Program-made: the position numbers and the translations under genes
Source of the DNA: Mytilus trossulus
Lineage: Eukaryota
DNA length: 64,000 bases
Assembly (NCBI RefSeq): GCF_036588685.1
Contig: NC_086381.1
Coordinates: 21,018,001-21,082,000, forward strand
Direction of reading: 5' to 3'
The notes under the pieces: generated by a model
The model's database searches: none
What the model saw: only the letters and a program-made list of their open reading frames with translations
What the model was told of the DNA's origin: nothing
In this document: one piece after another, positions 15,601 through 27,166 of the stretch
Layout of the letters: each line of letters opens with the position of its first letter
Position numbering within the stretch: position 1 is the first letter of the stretch

Positions 15601-18600
15601 GGAAATATCCCTGTAATGTATGTAAATAACATGTTATTAGATCATGACATGGACGGACCTTTATCTTCACCTGTACTGTACAGCCGTGGAAATATCCCTG
15701 TAATGTATATAAATAACATGCTATTAGATCATGACATAGACAGACCTTGATCTTCACCTGTACTGTACACCGTGGCAAATATCCCTGTAATGTATATAAA
15801 TAACATGTTATTAGATCATGACATGGACGGACCTTTATCTTCACCTGTACTGTACAGCCGTGGCAAATATCCCTGTAATGTATATAAATAACATGTTATT
15901 AGATCATGACATAGAGACCTTTATCTTCACCTGTACTGTACAGCCGTGGCAAATATCCCTGTAATGTATGTAAATAACATGTTATTAGATCATGACATGG
16001 ACGGACCTTTATCTTCACCTGTACTGTACAGACGTGGAAATATCCCTGTAATGTATGTAAATAACATGTTATTAGATCATGACATAGACAGACCTTTATC
16101 TTCACCTGTACTGTACAGCCGTGGCAAATATCCCTGTAATGTATATAAATAACATGTTATTAGATCATGACATAGACAGACCTTTATCTTCACCTGTACT
16201 GTACAGCCGTGGCAAATATCCCTGTAATGTATATAAATAACATGTTATTAGATCATGACATGGACAGACCTTTATCTTCACCTGTACTGTACACCGTGGA
16301 AATATCCCTGTAATGTATATAAATAACATGCTATTAGATCATGACATGGACAGACCTTTATCTTCACCTGTACTGTACAGCCGTGGCAAATATCCCTGTA
16401 ATGTATATAAATAACATGTTATTAGATCATGACATAGACAGACCTTTATCTTCACCTGTACTGTACACCGTGGAAATATCCCTGTAATGTATATAAATAA
16501 CATGTTATTAGATCATGACATAGACAGACCTTTATCTTCACCTGTACTGTACACCGTGGAAATATCCCTGTAATGTATGTAAATAACATGTTATTAGATT
16601 ATGACATGGACAGACCTTGATCTTCACCTGTACTGTACACCGTGGCAAATATCCCTGTAATGTATGTAAATAACATGCTATTAGATCATGACATGGACAG
16701 ACCTTTATCTTCACCTGTACTGTACACCGTGGCAAATATCCCTGTAATGTATATAAATAACATGCTATTAGATCATGACATGGACGGACCTTTATCTTCA
16801 CCTGTACTGTACACCGTGGCAAATATCCCTGTAATGTATATAAATAACATGCTATTAGATCATGACATGGACGGACCTTGATCTTCACCTGTACTGTACA
16901 GCCGTGGCAAATATCCCTGTAATATATGTTCATAGCATGCTATTAGATCATGATCACCTATTCTCAGAATAAGTGTCCACGCTTGTGAAATCCTTGTCGC
17001 TGATGCCCGAGGGGAGTATTACAGCATATATCTGTCAATTATTGTGATTTTTATACGAAGATATATATAATTTAATGATTTCAATCAATTTATTTGACTT
17101 GCCTACATTAGTTCAGTAAAATTTTAGTGTCGAAAGTACGCTAATTTCACCAAAAATGCATGTCGCCAGGCATAGGGCTATAATGAAACAACTGCCAAAT
17201 AAAAACCAATCTATAGTTCTGAACAATGTAAAGTGTTTTCTTGTAGCATATTAACGTTACAACAAAGTGAAAAAAACAGTTCTCATTCAAATATATACAT
17301 TTTTTCAATACACCTTTTTTTGCTGATGTCGCCGAAAACTATGTAATCTACGTTGTTAAGCTTAAAATTTATACAATTTTACTACATATAGTATTTAACG
17401 AATGTTAACTAGACCAAACTTATTTTAAAAGTATTGCTGTTAAACATATGTACAAACTTTGTCTTGAAATTCATTGAAATATTTTTTTTTACATTTTATG
17501 AAACCGAAAACGAGCGTTGCTATAAGCTTGTAAGTTACGTTATAGCGATTACTAACATAAGTATGTGAATTAATGCTTATTGTTTGCCTTAAAAGGTACA
17601 CCTTATTGTAAAGACCAATTAAATACCCGGTGTTTTAGATTTGAGGCTTTAGAACTTGCTGAAAAATTGAAAATAGATGGTGGTTGTAATTTACGTTTTG
17701 TAAATTACGTTACCTGCTATACAATATGACAATAAAACGCGACGTTAGTACAGAAATTTTGACGTTATTCTACCGCCAGTGGTTCTTTGTTTTCATATTT
17801 CGTCTGACGTCATATAAGGAAAGCGTCATTTGACCTTCAAGGTTTTTCAAAATATATGAATGTGGAATACTCAGCTTAAATTCAGGTAAGGAGTTTATAT
17901 TGTCTTTCGTTGTGATTCAAGATTATATATAAAGTTAAATGCATATTTATCAAACCTTTTGTGATGCATTCATTAGAGGCTATAAGCATTTACAGCATGT
18001 ATTTTCAATTTAAAAACACTAGAAAAATTGGTAATTTACGTGATCAGTAGTGTCCGAATGTTATGACTACAAATAAGGTACAAAGAAGTTAGCATCCCAA
18101 AAATTTATAAAAATAGACATAATTGTTCATGAATTTTGCAAACTTATTCCATTGTGTATCCAGATGTGTAAATATATTGCATATTTGCTCCTTTGAATCC
18201 CTGATAACGTAGCTTACTTATGGCTACAGAAAGGCTTATAATTTATAACATTTCTTTTGCTGTGTCAAGTCAAACATGTTTTGAAAGCATGTAAACAACA
18301 GCAAGGGTGTTTATCGTTATTTTAACGGCTTCATTGCTATTTAATTTCCAAGTATCCTCTCATTTAATGTGTGCAAAATGTTATAACGTAGACTACACAA
18401 CTTGATAACGTAGATTACACATTCTTATTAAGAGTATATCAAAGAATTTCTACCATCATTTCAGATAGCTGGCTTTATAATGCTGTAGTTAATTTGTGTT
18501 CTGTTGATTTAATCAAATTTTATTTTATTTTCAGAAATGGGAAAATCAAAGGCTGAAATTCAGAAAGCCTATAGAGAGCGAAAAAAACAGAAAGAAGGAG

Positions 18601-21600
18601 AAGCTTATCTTAAAAAAGAAAGAGAAAGAGTCAAAGGATACTATGTGCCAATAGAAGAAAAGCCACAAAGAAAGGCAAATGAAAGGCGTAAAAAGGTTCG
18701 TGAATGGGTTCGACAACATAGGCTAAAGAAAAAGAATCTTACCAAAACAGTAGCTAATAATTTGGAGCAAACCAAAACAGTAGCTAAATAACTTGGAGCA
18801 ATGTTCAGAAATATCATCATCATCAGATGTCACATCTACAGTTAACATTGTGACTGAACAATTGATAGTTAAGTTACCGTCACTGGCTACAAAGAAAAGA
18901 ACCAGAACTAGAGTAAATCGTGACCAACGCCAAACATAGAAGAACAATAGCAGACCTGACAGACAAAAATGAACTACTCAATAGAAAAATTAGGACCGTA
19001 TCAAAGCGATATCAGAGATTAATAAACAGGGAAAAGAAAACACAAACTATCATAAGAAATCCTACTACATCATCCTCCTCCAGAAATAGCCCTTCTACAT
19101 CAACATCAATTGCTCTGACACCTAGAAAAAGAACTATACAAGAAATCAGAGAAGAGGGTCTGACACCACATAAGGTTCCAAAAAAGATCCAGGAAAAACT
19201 ACTCTTTGCAAATGTTATAACAGAAGAGATAGGGGCTGCTTGGAAATCAAATGGGTTGAAGGGAAAACACGTTTTGAAGAAAATTGTTAACGGAGAAATA
19301 ATCAAGAAGTACAAGATGAAGAAAATGTTAGGCATCAAATCCGGAATAAGACGTCATCACTTCAAGGCCACAGTGTGTTCCAACAAATTGCTCTCTTTTC
19401 CTTTATTGAGGAAGCGTGTAGAATCAAGAGAAATACTTCGTGGAGACGTCGTCACATTCTTAGAAAGAGACGATAATAGCAGAATGATGCCTGGCAAAAA
19501 CGATAAAAAGAAAACTGAAACCGGTCATATACAAAAAAGAGTTCTTAACGACAGCATGTTATTTTTGCATCTCAAATTCAAAACTGAGTCACCGAAGAAA
19601 ATTTCACTTGCTACCTTCTGTCGTTTGAGACCAAAGCATATATGCCTGACCAAACATTTAAGTAGAAATAAATGCCTCTGCCAAAAGCACCAAAACATGG
19701 CGTTAGCCCTTAAGAACATGAAAACGTCAGGTGCCAACGTAACCATCAATCCCGATGAATTTGTAAGGCAGCTAAAAGACAAGCCACTCCCAGAGATACT
19801 CTCAGAAATTCGAAATGAAAATGTCAGGTATGAACAGTGGAAAAAGGTTGAGATGGCAGATGGCAAAAAAAGAACAAAAATTGTTGAGAGAGAGGAAACA
19901 AGGGACAGCTTCATTTCAATTGTACATACTCAAGTTCGTGATTTTCAAGAACACGTGTCAAGAGTTCGACTTCAATACCAAGCCTTAAACAATCTGAAAG
20001 AAAATTTACCGTGTGAAAATGTAATCGTGCAGATGGACTTTGCCGAAAACTTTTCATGTACTTCAGCCGATGAAGTTCAGAGTGCATATTGGAATTCGAG
20101 TGCTGTTACCCTACATCCAGTTGTTGTTTATTTCAAGAACGAACAGAAGGAACTTGAACATAAAAACTATGTCTTCGTTTCCGACGATCTTGGGCACAAC
20201 ATAGGATCTGTTTATACCATCATTCAAAAGCTTTTGTCTGAAATAAAGAATCATGTCAATAATCTGAAGGTTGTTCACTACTGGACAGATAGTCCAAGTT
20301 CACAATATCGTAACAAGACGGCCTTCTACATTGTGTCTGATCATAGAAATATATTTGGTGTCAATGCCATTTGGAACTATTTTGAAACCGGGCACGGAAA
20401 AGGGCCATGCGATGGCATTGGGGGAACATCAAAACATACCGCAGACCTCGCCGTCAGACAAGGAAAAATAACAGTACAGGATGCACCTGAGTACTTTGAA
20501 AGAGTGCAAAAGCACCACACGAGTGCTAAATACATTTATTACAATTCAACAGAATGCACAGATAGCAGGTTAGAGATTTCAGAGTTCAACAAACACATAA
20601 TTCCATTGAAGGGAACAATGTAGGTCCACTGTGTGGTTGGTGTATCTAAAGGTATAGTCAAGACGACCGTGACTTCCTGTTACTGTGAGGAATGTTTGAT
20701 AGGTAATTTCCATGATTACTCAGAGTCAAACATATTGAAAGGAGAGAATGCTGGTCGTGTTGTAGTACCAGAAAAAGAGGCCAATATAAATCAAAATGAG
20801 CATGTTGAAACAGCTGAAGTCGAAGCTGACAGGATTGAGATAACCATCGCCGTCGACCAATTTGTTGCGGCAATATATGATAATGCATGGCACGTTTGAA
20901 AAATAACAGACATCGATGAAACTGATAAAGAATGTCAAGTTAATTTTTTGCGGCCAAGTCAAGGAAGGAATACTGGAAATCCTTTGTATAAATGGCCAAA
21001 TCCAGAAGACAAAATATGGTTACAGGTCACAGACATATTGTGTAACATTAGAGAGCCCAATAAAGTTGGACGGAGTGGTCGAAGCTTTGAAATTGATCCT
21101 CAGGACTATAGAAATGCCTGTAGTTTGTTACAGTTAAGATCTAATACTTAAACAGATGCTTAAAAACTGAAAATCAAGAAAGAACGTTCTTTTTTTATAA
21201 AGTGTAATTTACGTTATATTTGTAAAACATTTACAGTTTAATGATAAAACACCCAAAATGTTGTTACAATATTTCTTTTTTCATACATTTTGAAAGAATT
21301 CAGGAAGAAGGATGAAACAATCCTGATTATGAGAGAATTTTTCTTTGTAAGATACGTTACAGTTTTGTGTAATTTACGTTATTGTTTCATTGTTGGCAAT
21401 CCAAGTTTGTTATGAAAACATTTTAAAAAGATGTGTAGTAATTATTTTTTCATCAGATGAGAGGCAATACACAACATGTAGAGTGTTTGCATACACTGAG
21501 CATGTTTTTTAATACTGAAAATGTAAGCTGTCATATTATTGTCATGTTTTATACCAAATTTTTATCAGTTTATATTTCGATCCAATGTTTTTTTTTAATA

Positions 21601-22644
21601 GGAATTTTGAGGAGAAACTTTTACAGTTATTTGACTGTATTATTATCAGTTTATTTAGCCATTGAAAACTATTCAAATTTACAAAATATGTTTGAACTAT
21701 TCATTTGAATCTATGCATAAGTACCTGAAACGTAGATTACAGCATACTCTATACCCATATTTTGGCATTGTATTTTCTTTTTTATGACTATTGGTTGAGA
21801 TCTGCCGTTTTGCATTTTGATTTGTTGTATGCTTATGTTTGAAATAAAATATAAATATTGATGTTTGTTACAACTTTTTGAATTAGAAATTATTTTCCAA
21901 CCGTGGACACTTATTCTGAGAATAGGTGCATGACCATGATGACATGGACAACTATTTTTTTTAAAGTTTAAGATGTTGGCTTTCTGTCTTACTGCTAGAT
22001 ATTGTCCAATTTAATGGATTTGATTATATATTGAAACAGTTTCATCAGAATTCAAACTGGAAAAAAATTGGATTCGCCTAGGCTATGACTATGAGCATTG
22101 TGCTTAAGTTTTATAACATTTAGTGTAGGCAAAATTCAGCATTTTTTCCATTTGTAAAGGGGCATAACTCTAGAACTGTAAATTCAAAACCGATCTGTAT
22201 GTTGTGGTAGTTAGCATTGTGTATAAGTTTCATAACATTTGGTTGAGGCAGGAACATATATTTTATATTGTTCCAAAGTTGAGGCAAACTAAAGTTTCGA
22301 GAAGAATTGAGTGTGTCTGGCATTACTGTAAATCCACTTAAAAAATAATGCATATGTGAGCTATTCCATATGAATCAAGAGCAATCAATGATAAATACAA
22401 ACGACATACTGTACTGTGTACAAAAACATTCAAGGTTGACTCTATCATATTCAACACATGCATGGCCATGGGAAAGGTCAAATGATAATGTTTCTATCTG
22501 TTTATCAAACAGGAAAAGAAGAAAGCGCAGTGTTGGTTAATCTCGTGATAAAATGGAATGCTATAATGAATCAATATTTTGTAAACCTACTCGTAAAACA
22601 CTGGAATAGCTTGCCACTTTTCTTGTTAAAGCAGAAGAAGTCAT
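3657..22644 (-). CDS. NDUFV3: NADH dehydrogenase [ubiquinone] flavoprotein 3, mitochondrial (95 aa, 3 coding exons)
   Basis: Exon 1 22644-22591 (MTSSALTRKVASYSSVLR, donor GTAGGT); exon 2 4567-4462 (GYLPRLYSTGEDKGPAKEKKPAKKETVAKAKESKT); exon 3 3784-3657 (EPFDNSQYKSIEYYQYNDLSYYDIDNDMSEFRLPQQSKFVPA*). Phases are consistent. The C-terminus matches the NDUFV3 EPFDN..Y...Y...D....S.FR.PQ motif. The N-terminus is an Arg/Ser-rich presequence with an R-x-Y|S-like cleavage site. Confidence 0.88.
4524..16953. repeat. Tandem array of 86-88-bp units, about 142 copies, derived from the NDUFV3 intron1/exon2 junction
   Basis: Unit (+): GACCTTTATCTTCACCTGTACTGTACA(G)CCGTGG(C)AAATATCCCTGTAATGTATRTAAATAACATGYTATTAGATCATGACATRGACR. 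Copy number estimated as 12.43 kb / ~87.3 bp. The first unit is continuous with real exon 2. Confidence 0.97.
16954..21929 (+). mobile_element. Full-length DNA transposon (Sola2-like), ~28-bp TIRs, 4-bp TSD
   Basis: Left TIR tCACCTATTCTCAGAATAAGTGTCCACG (16954-16981); right TIR CGTGGACACTTATTCTGAGAATAGGTGc (21902-21929). ATGA flanks both ends (16950-53, 21930-33) if one terminal mismatch is allowed. Encloses a transposase pseudogene. Superfamily call is from recalled motifs. Confidence 0.85.
18537..21151 (+). pseudogene. Disrupted DDD-type transposase (Sola2-like) with C-terminal Tudor-like domain
   Basis: Motifs DFAENF, QSAYW..VTLHP, SDDLGH, WTDSPSSQYRNK, WNYFETGHGKGPCDGIGG. Frameshifts near 18787 and 18922; in-frame stops at 20621-23 (TAG) and 20897-99 (TGA); terminal TAA 21149-51. 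A 5' UTR intron is likely (donor CAG|GTAAGG ~17885, acceptor TTTCAG ~18534). Confidence 0.85.
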
Positions 22645-22902
22645 GACTTTCGGTAGGTCGGGTAGGTACCTGTGGACTATGGTAAATCCAAAGAAGTTAC
22701 AAAAGGGATTAAATAAATTTAGAAACAATGTAGGTGAAGATACGAATAGTTTACGAATAGTTTACGCATATTCATTAATATTTCATTCAAATCAACCCTT
22801 GTTGAATAAATTTCTACTTTTATAACCAAGTCGTAAATATCGAGAGTAATTGATTTCCATTAATTTGATGTGTTTTCAAGAGCTTTTGATTTTTGCCATT
22901 GG

Positions 22903-23279
22903 ATAATAAATAATTTATAACTTAATAATATTAATTCAAAGCATGAAAACACATTTGTATATACATTACTAAATATATTTTTTATCCAAAACAGGAACTA
23001 CACATTACACTGGTTTCCTTTGAATCTGGTTTTGTAACAATTGCAAATGTGAAATCATGTGTCTTTTTGAAATTCGTAGCAAACAACTTTTAATATTGTC
23101 TTTTTTATGATGTACATAGTTTTACATAATACTATTTTTATAGCATAGCAGGATATTTAAACCATAGATTTGGACATCTTTTTAATAAATATTTCAGAAA
23201 AAAATATATTTAGTAATGTATATACAAATGTGTTTTCATGCTTTCAATTAATATTATAAAGTTATGAATTATTCATTTA
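22903..23279. mobile_element. AT-rich foldback element / MITE with ~80-bp inverted arms
   Basis: 22903-22985 (…AAAGCATGAAAACACATTTGTATATACATTACTAAATATATTTT) is the reverse complement of ~23197-23279. Confidence 0.7.
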
Positions 23280-23494
23280 TGAACATCTTCAAAATGTTAT
23301 TTTTGATTGTACTGTATTTTTAATGCTTGATATTGTGATTTAATGATTTTAAATTATTATTAAGCTTTTTTATTCTCTACTAATCACATCGATGAACAGT
23401 TTTATTCAGTGCCGGCTAAATAGCAAATTTGCTATTTTGCCGGTGCCGGTCAAATAGCAAATTTGCTATTTAGCCGGTGCCGGTCAAATAGCCA

Positions 23495-24290
23495 CTGCCA
23501 AGATTATATCCTACACAGCCATGTTCGGGAGAGAGTATCGCCTGCAAATTATCTTGGAGTTGCCATCAGCTCAGATTTAAATTGGAGCACCCATTTACAT
23601 AACATCTGCCAAAAAGCAAATAAAAGATATAAAACTATTGGGTTCTTAAAAAGAAATCTAAACATCAACAACAAACCGGACTGTCGGAAAGAAAATGCAT
23701 ACAACACTATATAGAATGTGCAAGCGCAGTTTGTGACCCCTATCAACAAAACAACAAGAACAAAAATGAGTATGGTACAACGCAGAGGGGCTAGATGTGT
23801 TACCAACAAATACCGTAACACCTCATCAGTAGACACCATGATAAAGCAACTTGAGTGGCAACCATTAGAAGAGAGGAGGTCAACAACAAGGATGTGCATG
23901 ATGTACAAAATTACTAATTGACTAGTTAATATAGATGCAACATCTATGCTTATTCCAATAAGCCGAGCATCAAGAACACCTCGTACTGGTTGTTTCCAGG
24001 TTCCTCTTTGTACAACTTATAAGGAAAATGTCATTTAATCCAAAATCCATACGGGAATGAAATGCCTTATCACTTTCCACTACCACCGCCCCGAGTCGTG
24101 AATGATTCAAGGCTAGGCTAAAAAAAATTTAGACAAAAACACTGTGTTTAAGATCGAGCGCCTGTATATAAGGATTTTAACCTTCACAAAATGTAACATA
24201 ATATAATTAAATTTTCTTGGGACTTCATGCGCAACACACAGTGGCAAGATACTCAGACAGTTGATAGCGGCCGCTTAATTGGAAGAAGAA
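23495..24290 (+). mobile_element. Degenerate 3' fragment of a CR1/L2-group LINE
   Basis: Broken frames encode YLGVAISSDLNWSTHLHNICQKANK..GFLKRN and VQRRGARCVTNKY..SSVDTMIKQLEWQPLEERR..RMCMMYKI, typical of the post-RT region. Short GAA-repeat tail near 24282. Confidence 0.8.
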
Positions 24291-24486
24291 AAGACATATC
24301 TCGGGTCAAATATAAATTAATATGTTCCTGGGATTAAAAATCACATTTAACTTCATATTGCACATTCACTCTTTAAATGTTACAATAACAAAATTCTGGG
24401 CAAACCATCAGCTCTTTGTCTATTACATCAAATATGATTTATTACACATTTTTGCAACACTCATGACTCGTATAATTACATGAAAG

Positions 24487-25303
24487 TGCCACGGCGGTCG
24501 AGTATCTTTAAACTTTCTGGTCAGGCCGGGCATATTGCAATAACAGATATTTCAGAAACAAATATCCAATAATCTATAGTCTTGTTGTCAAAGAAATACA
24601 CAAGTAAATTCACTAATCTATTTAATAAAATTCCATTCCGGACACTATTTACATAACATATAGTTTACAAAATGTATAGTTCATATATTCATTGGCACAT
24701 TACTTTCACATATCACAAATGGATTTCATTACAATTCCGCATCAAAATCAGCAACAGTGTCCAATACTGTGCACACCACAGAAAAACGCCACATGCATAG
24801 TGTTCCAAACCACGCAACAGTCTGAGCGGACAAAATATCCAAAATACATACAGTTGAATAGTAATGACACAACTTTCTATGAATCTATAAAGTTCTCCAA
24901 AATAAATCGACTAAAAACTGCCCAGAATAATAAAATCCTTTTAACGTTTCATAATGTATAGTTCCTTTCTCATCTACAATTCTTCCTCCTTTAAATAACT
25001 TTTTACATTGTATTGTTCTTAAATGTCTTGCCTTCAATTCCCTCCAAACACTAAAACAGAAAGCTCTTATATACCTATGATCTCCAAATATTCTCCAACT
25101 GACCTAAATAATCTCCAAATATTCTCAAACTCTTTGTTTACAAAAATAAAACATATAAATCAAATAAAGGTGTTTACTATTTGACCTTGGAGAACATGCA
25201 ATGCTAATCTCTTATAGCAGTATAGTAATGACTTTAACAGATGATAACCAAAACATTAATATGACAAAATTAAATACAGTGGACATAAAATTACACTTGT
25301 ACA
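24487..25303. mobile_element. Probable solo LTR (Gypsy-like), 817 bp
   Basis: TG...CA termini with 4-bp TSD AAAG (24483-86, 25304-07). An uninterrupted paralogous site CATGAAAGTTAATGCTGAGC occurs at ~25527. Confidence 0.7.
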
Positions 25304-25685
25304 AAAGTTAATGCTGAGCATTATATTGTCCATTAGAGAACAACCGTACGGTGACCTATAAATGTTAATGTTTGTGTCATTTTGGTCTTTTGTGGATAGT
25401 TGCCTCATTGGCAATCATACCACATCTTCTTTTTCATATACAAGTCCCAGATAAGACCATTAGCTCTTAGTCTTTAACCTTAAATATGATTTATTACACA
25501 TCATGGCAACACTCATGACTCGTATACATGAAAGTTAATGCTGAGCATTATTGTTAATTAAAGAACAACCATACAAGTCCCTGGTAAAACCATCACTAGA
25601 GTAAGTCTGCTCAGTTTGGGACCCTTACTTATAACAAGGCATAGACATCATTGGGCGGAGAGCCCAAATATAGAGAGGCTGTCCG

Positions 25686-26365
25686 TTTTTGTCGAGCATT
25701 AAAAAAAAGCGAGCTAGACATGGCAATCCTAAATCCTGTCAGCGTCGGCGATGGCGGCGTCCACAAATTTTTACTCTGTGGTTAAAGTTTTTTAAACTAT
25801 CCTGGATGTGTACCAAACTAAGGCAGAAGCTTGTTTATGATCATAAGATATCATGATATCCAGAAGAAAATGATGTAAAAAAAATCCATTTATTCAGTAT
25901 TTTACTTATAAATGGACTTAGTTTTTCTGCAAAGAAACATAACATTCACATAACTAGGTGGTTAAAGTTTTTAAAATTTTAATAACTTTCATGAACTATC
26001 CTGGATTTGTACTAAACTTGGACAGAACTGCGGCTTGTTTATGATCATGAGGTAGAATCCACAAGTAAATTTGTTCCAAAAAAAAATCCCTTTTTTTTCC
26101 GTATTTTACTCTTTTAAATGGACATAGTTTTTCTGTCATGAAACAACATTCACTTGAGATGTGGTTATTTTTTTTTTAATTTGAATAACTTCTTCATAGA
26201 TACTAGCTTTTGATCATAAATAAGCTTCTGTCCAAGTTTGGAATAAATCAAGGGTAGTTTAAAAAAGTTATCAAAATTTCAAAAACTTTTACCACTGAGT
26301 GAATATTTGTGGATGCCGCCGCCGCCGCCGACAACGAAGGAATATAGGATCGCTTTGTCTCGCTA
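25686..26365. mobile_element. Two inverted partial HINE/Helentron-type non-autonomous elements
   Basis: TTTTGTCGAGC...GCGTCGGCGATGGCGGCGTCCACAAAT plus core repeats on +; the same 5' end is reversed at ~26200-26365. Related element at ~52640-53085. Confidence 0.6.
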
Positions 26366-27122
26366 AGGAGACTCGAGGATACCGTCGGTGTGAAAAATTT
26401 CAGAAAAAAATTTAAACAATTTTTTTTTTCATTACAAATTTTACTTTTTACTTCTAGTTGTTACTTTATCATATGGTAAAAAAATCATTTAAAAAAAACT
26501 ATTTGTTTTGGCCCCAGATGACTTTAAAAATGTATATATCATTATAAAAGCTCCAAATTATATCCCTTTGGTGCAAAAATGCCATTTTTTGGAGGAGGCA
26601 TTAATATTGAAATATTTTTTAAACTCGGCATCGGTGAACTATATTATTTTCTATTTCAGGCTTTTTTTTTTCAAATAAGCTGTACTCAAACTAAACTATT
26701 GTAAAATTTGGACGATTTCTGTAATTTAGTTTTATTTTTTATTTCGATATAACCCGCTTTATTTGATCTTATTTCAATATTACATCTATTTGTCCTATTA
26801 GGGACGACCTCAAAGGTTCACTGTAGGATGAGGAAAAAAACTCTATACATAAACAGTATTTTCACTGACACCCCTGGCTAACCCACCCCTTGGCCTCTCT
26901 TAATTTAATGTGGCGGAAATTATTGACCAATAAAGATATAGATAAAATTGATGTCAATTAAACAAAACTTACAGCAATTTTGACCCCCATCCCAAACTAT
27001 TTGAATTAAGTCTTTTATCCTTCATTGATTTTTTTATGTCGTCCCTTAGTTCAACAGAAATTCCTATAATGTAGCTTATTGGACGATGGTGCACCTAATT
27101 GGGAGGTAATACGAAACAGAAG

Positions 27123-27155
27123 TATAAATAAAAGCGCCCTCTTTCGGCCTTTTTC
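27123..27155 (+). promoter_or_regulatory. RPS11 core promoter: TATA-like box and polypyrimidine TCT/5'TOP initiator
   Basis: TATAAATA at 27123-27130, then CCCTCTTTCGGCCTTTTTC just upstream of ATG 27167, as expected for a ribosomal protein gene. Confidence 0.7.
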
Positions 27156-27166
27156 AACAAGCCAAG

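Noticed and set aside
4519-16933. Dozens of 60-130-aa ORFs on both strands (MANIPVMY..., MKIKVCPC...)
   Set aside because: Artefacts of the 86-88-bp repeat; frames break at unit indels. Only 4462-4567 is real coding sequence.
4524-16953. CRISPR-like array
   Set aside because: No unique spacers, no cas genes, eukaryotic intron context.
19012-19914. Minus-strand ORFs of 108 and 129 aa
   Set aside because: Antisense shadows of the transposase frame with no recognisable motifs.
18920-20623. 567-aa ORF as an intact host or domesticated gene
   Set aside because: It is the middle fragment of a transposase with frameshifts and stops on either side, inside TIRs.
25482-25550. ATGATT...CTGA duplicated segment (also at 24431) as another snoRNA
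   Set aside because: Poor C box, no recognisable rRNA guide, intergenic, and one copy is interrupted by a solo LTR. It looks like a degenerate local repeat.
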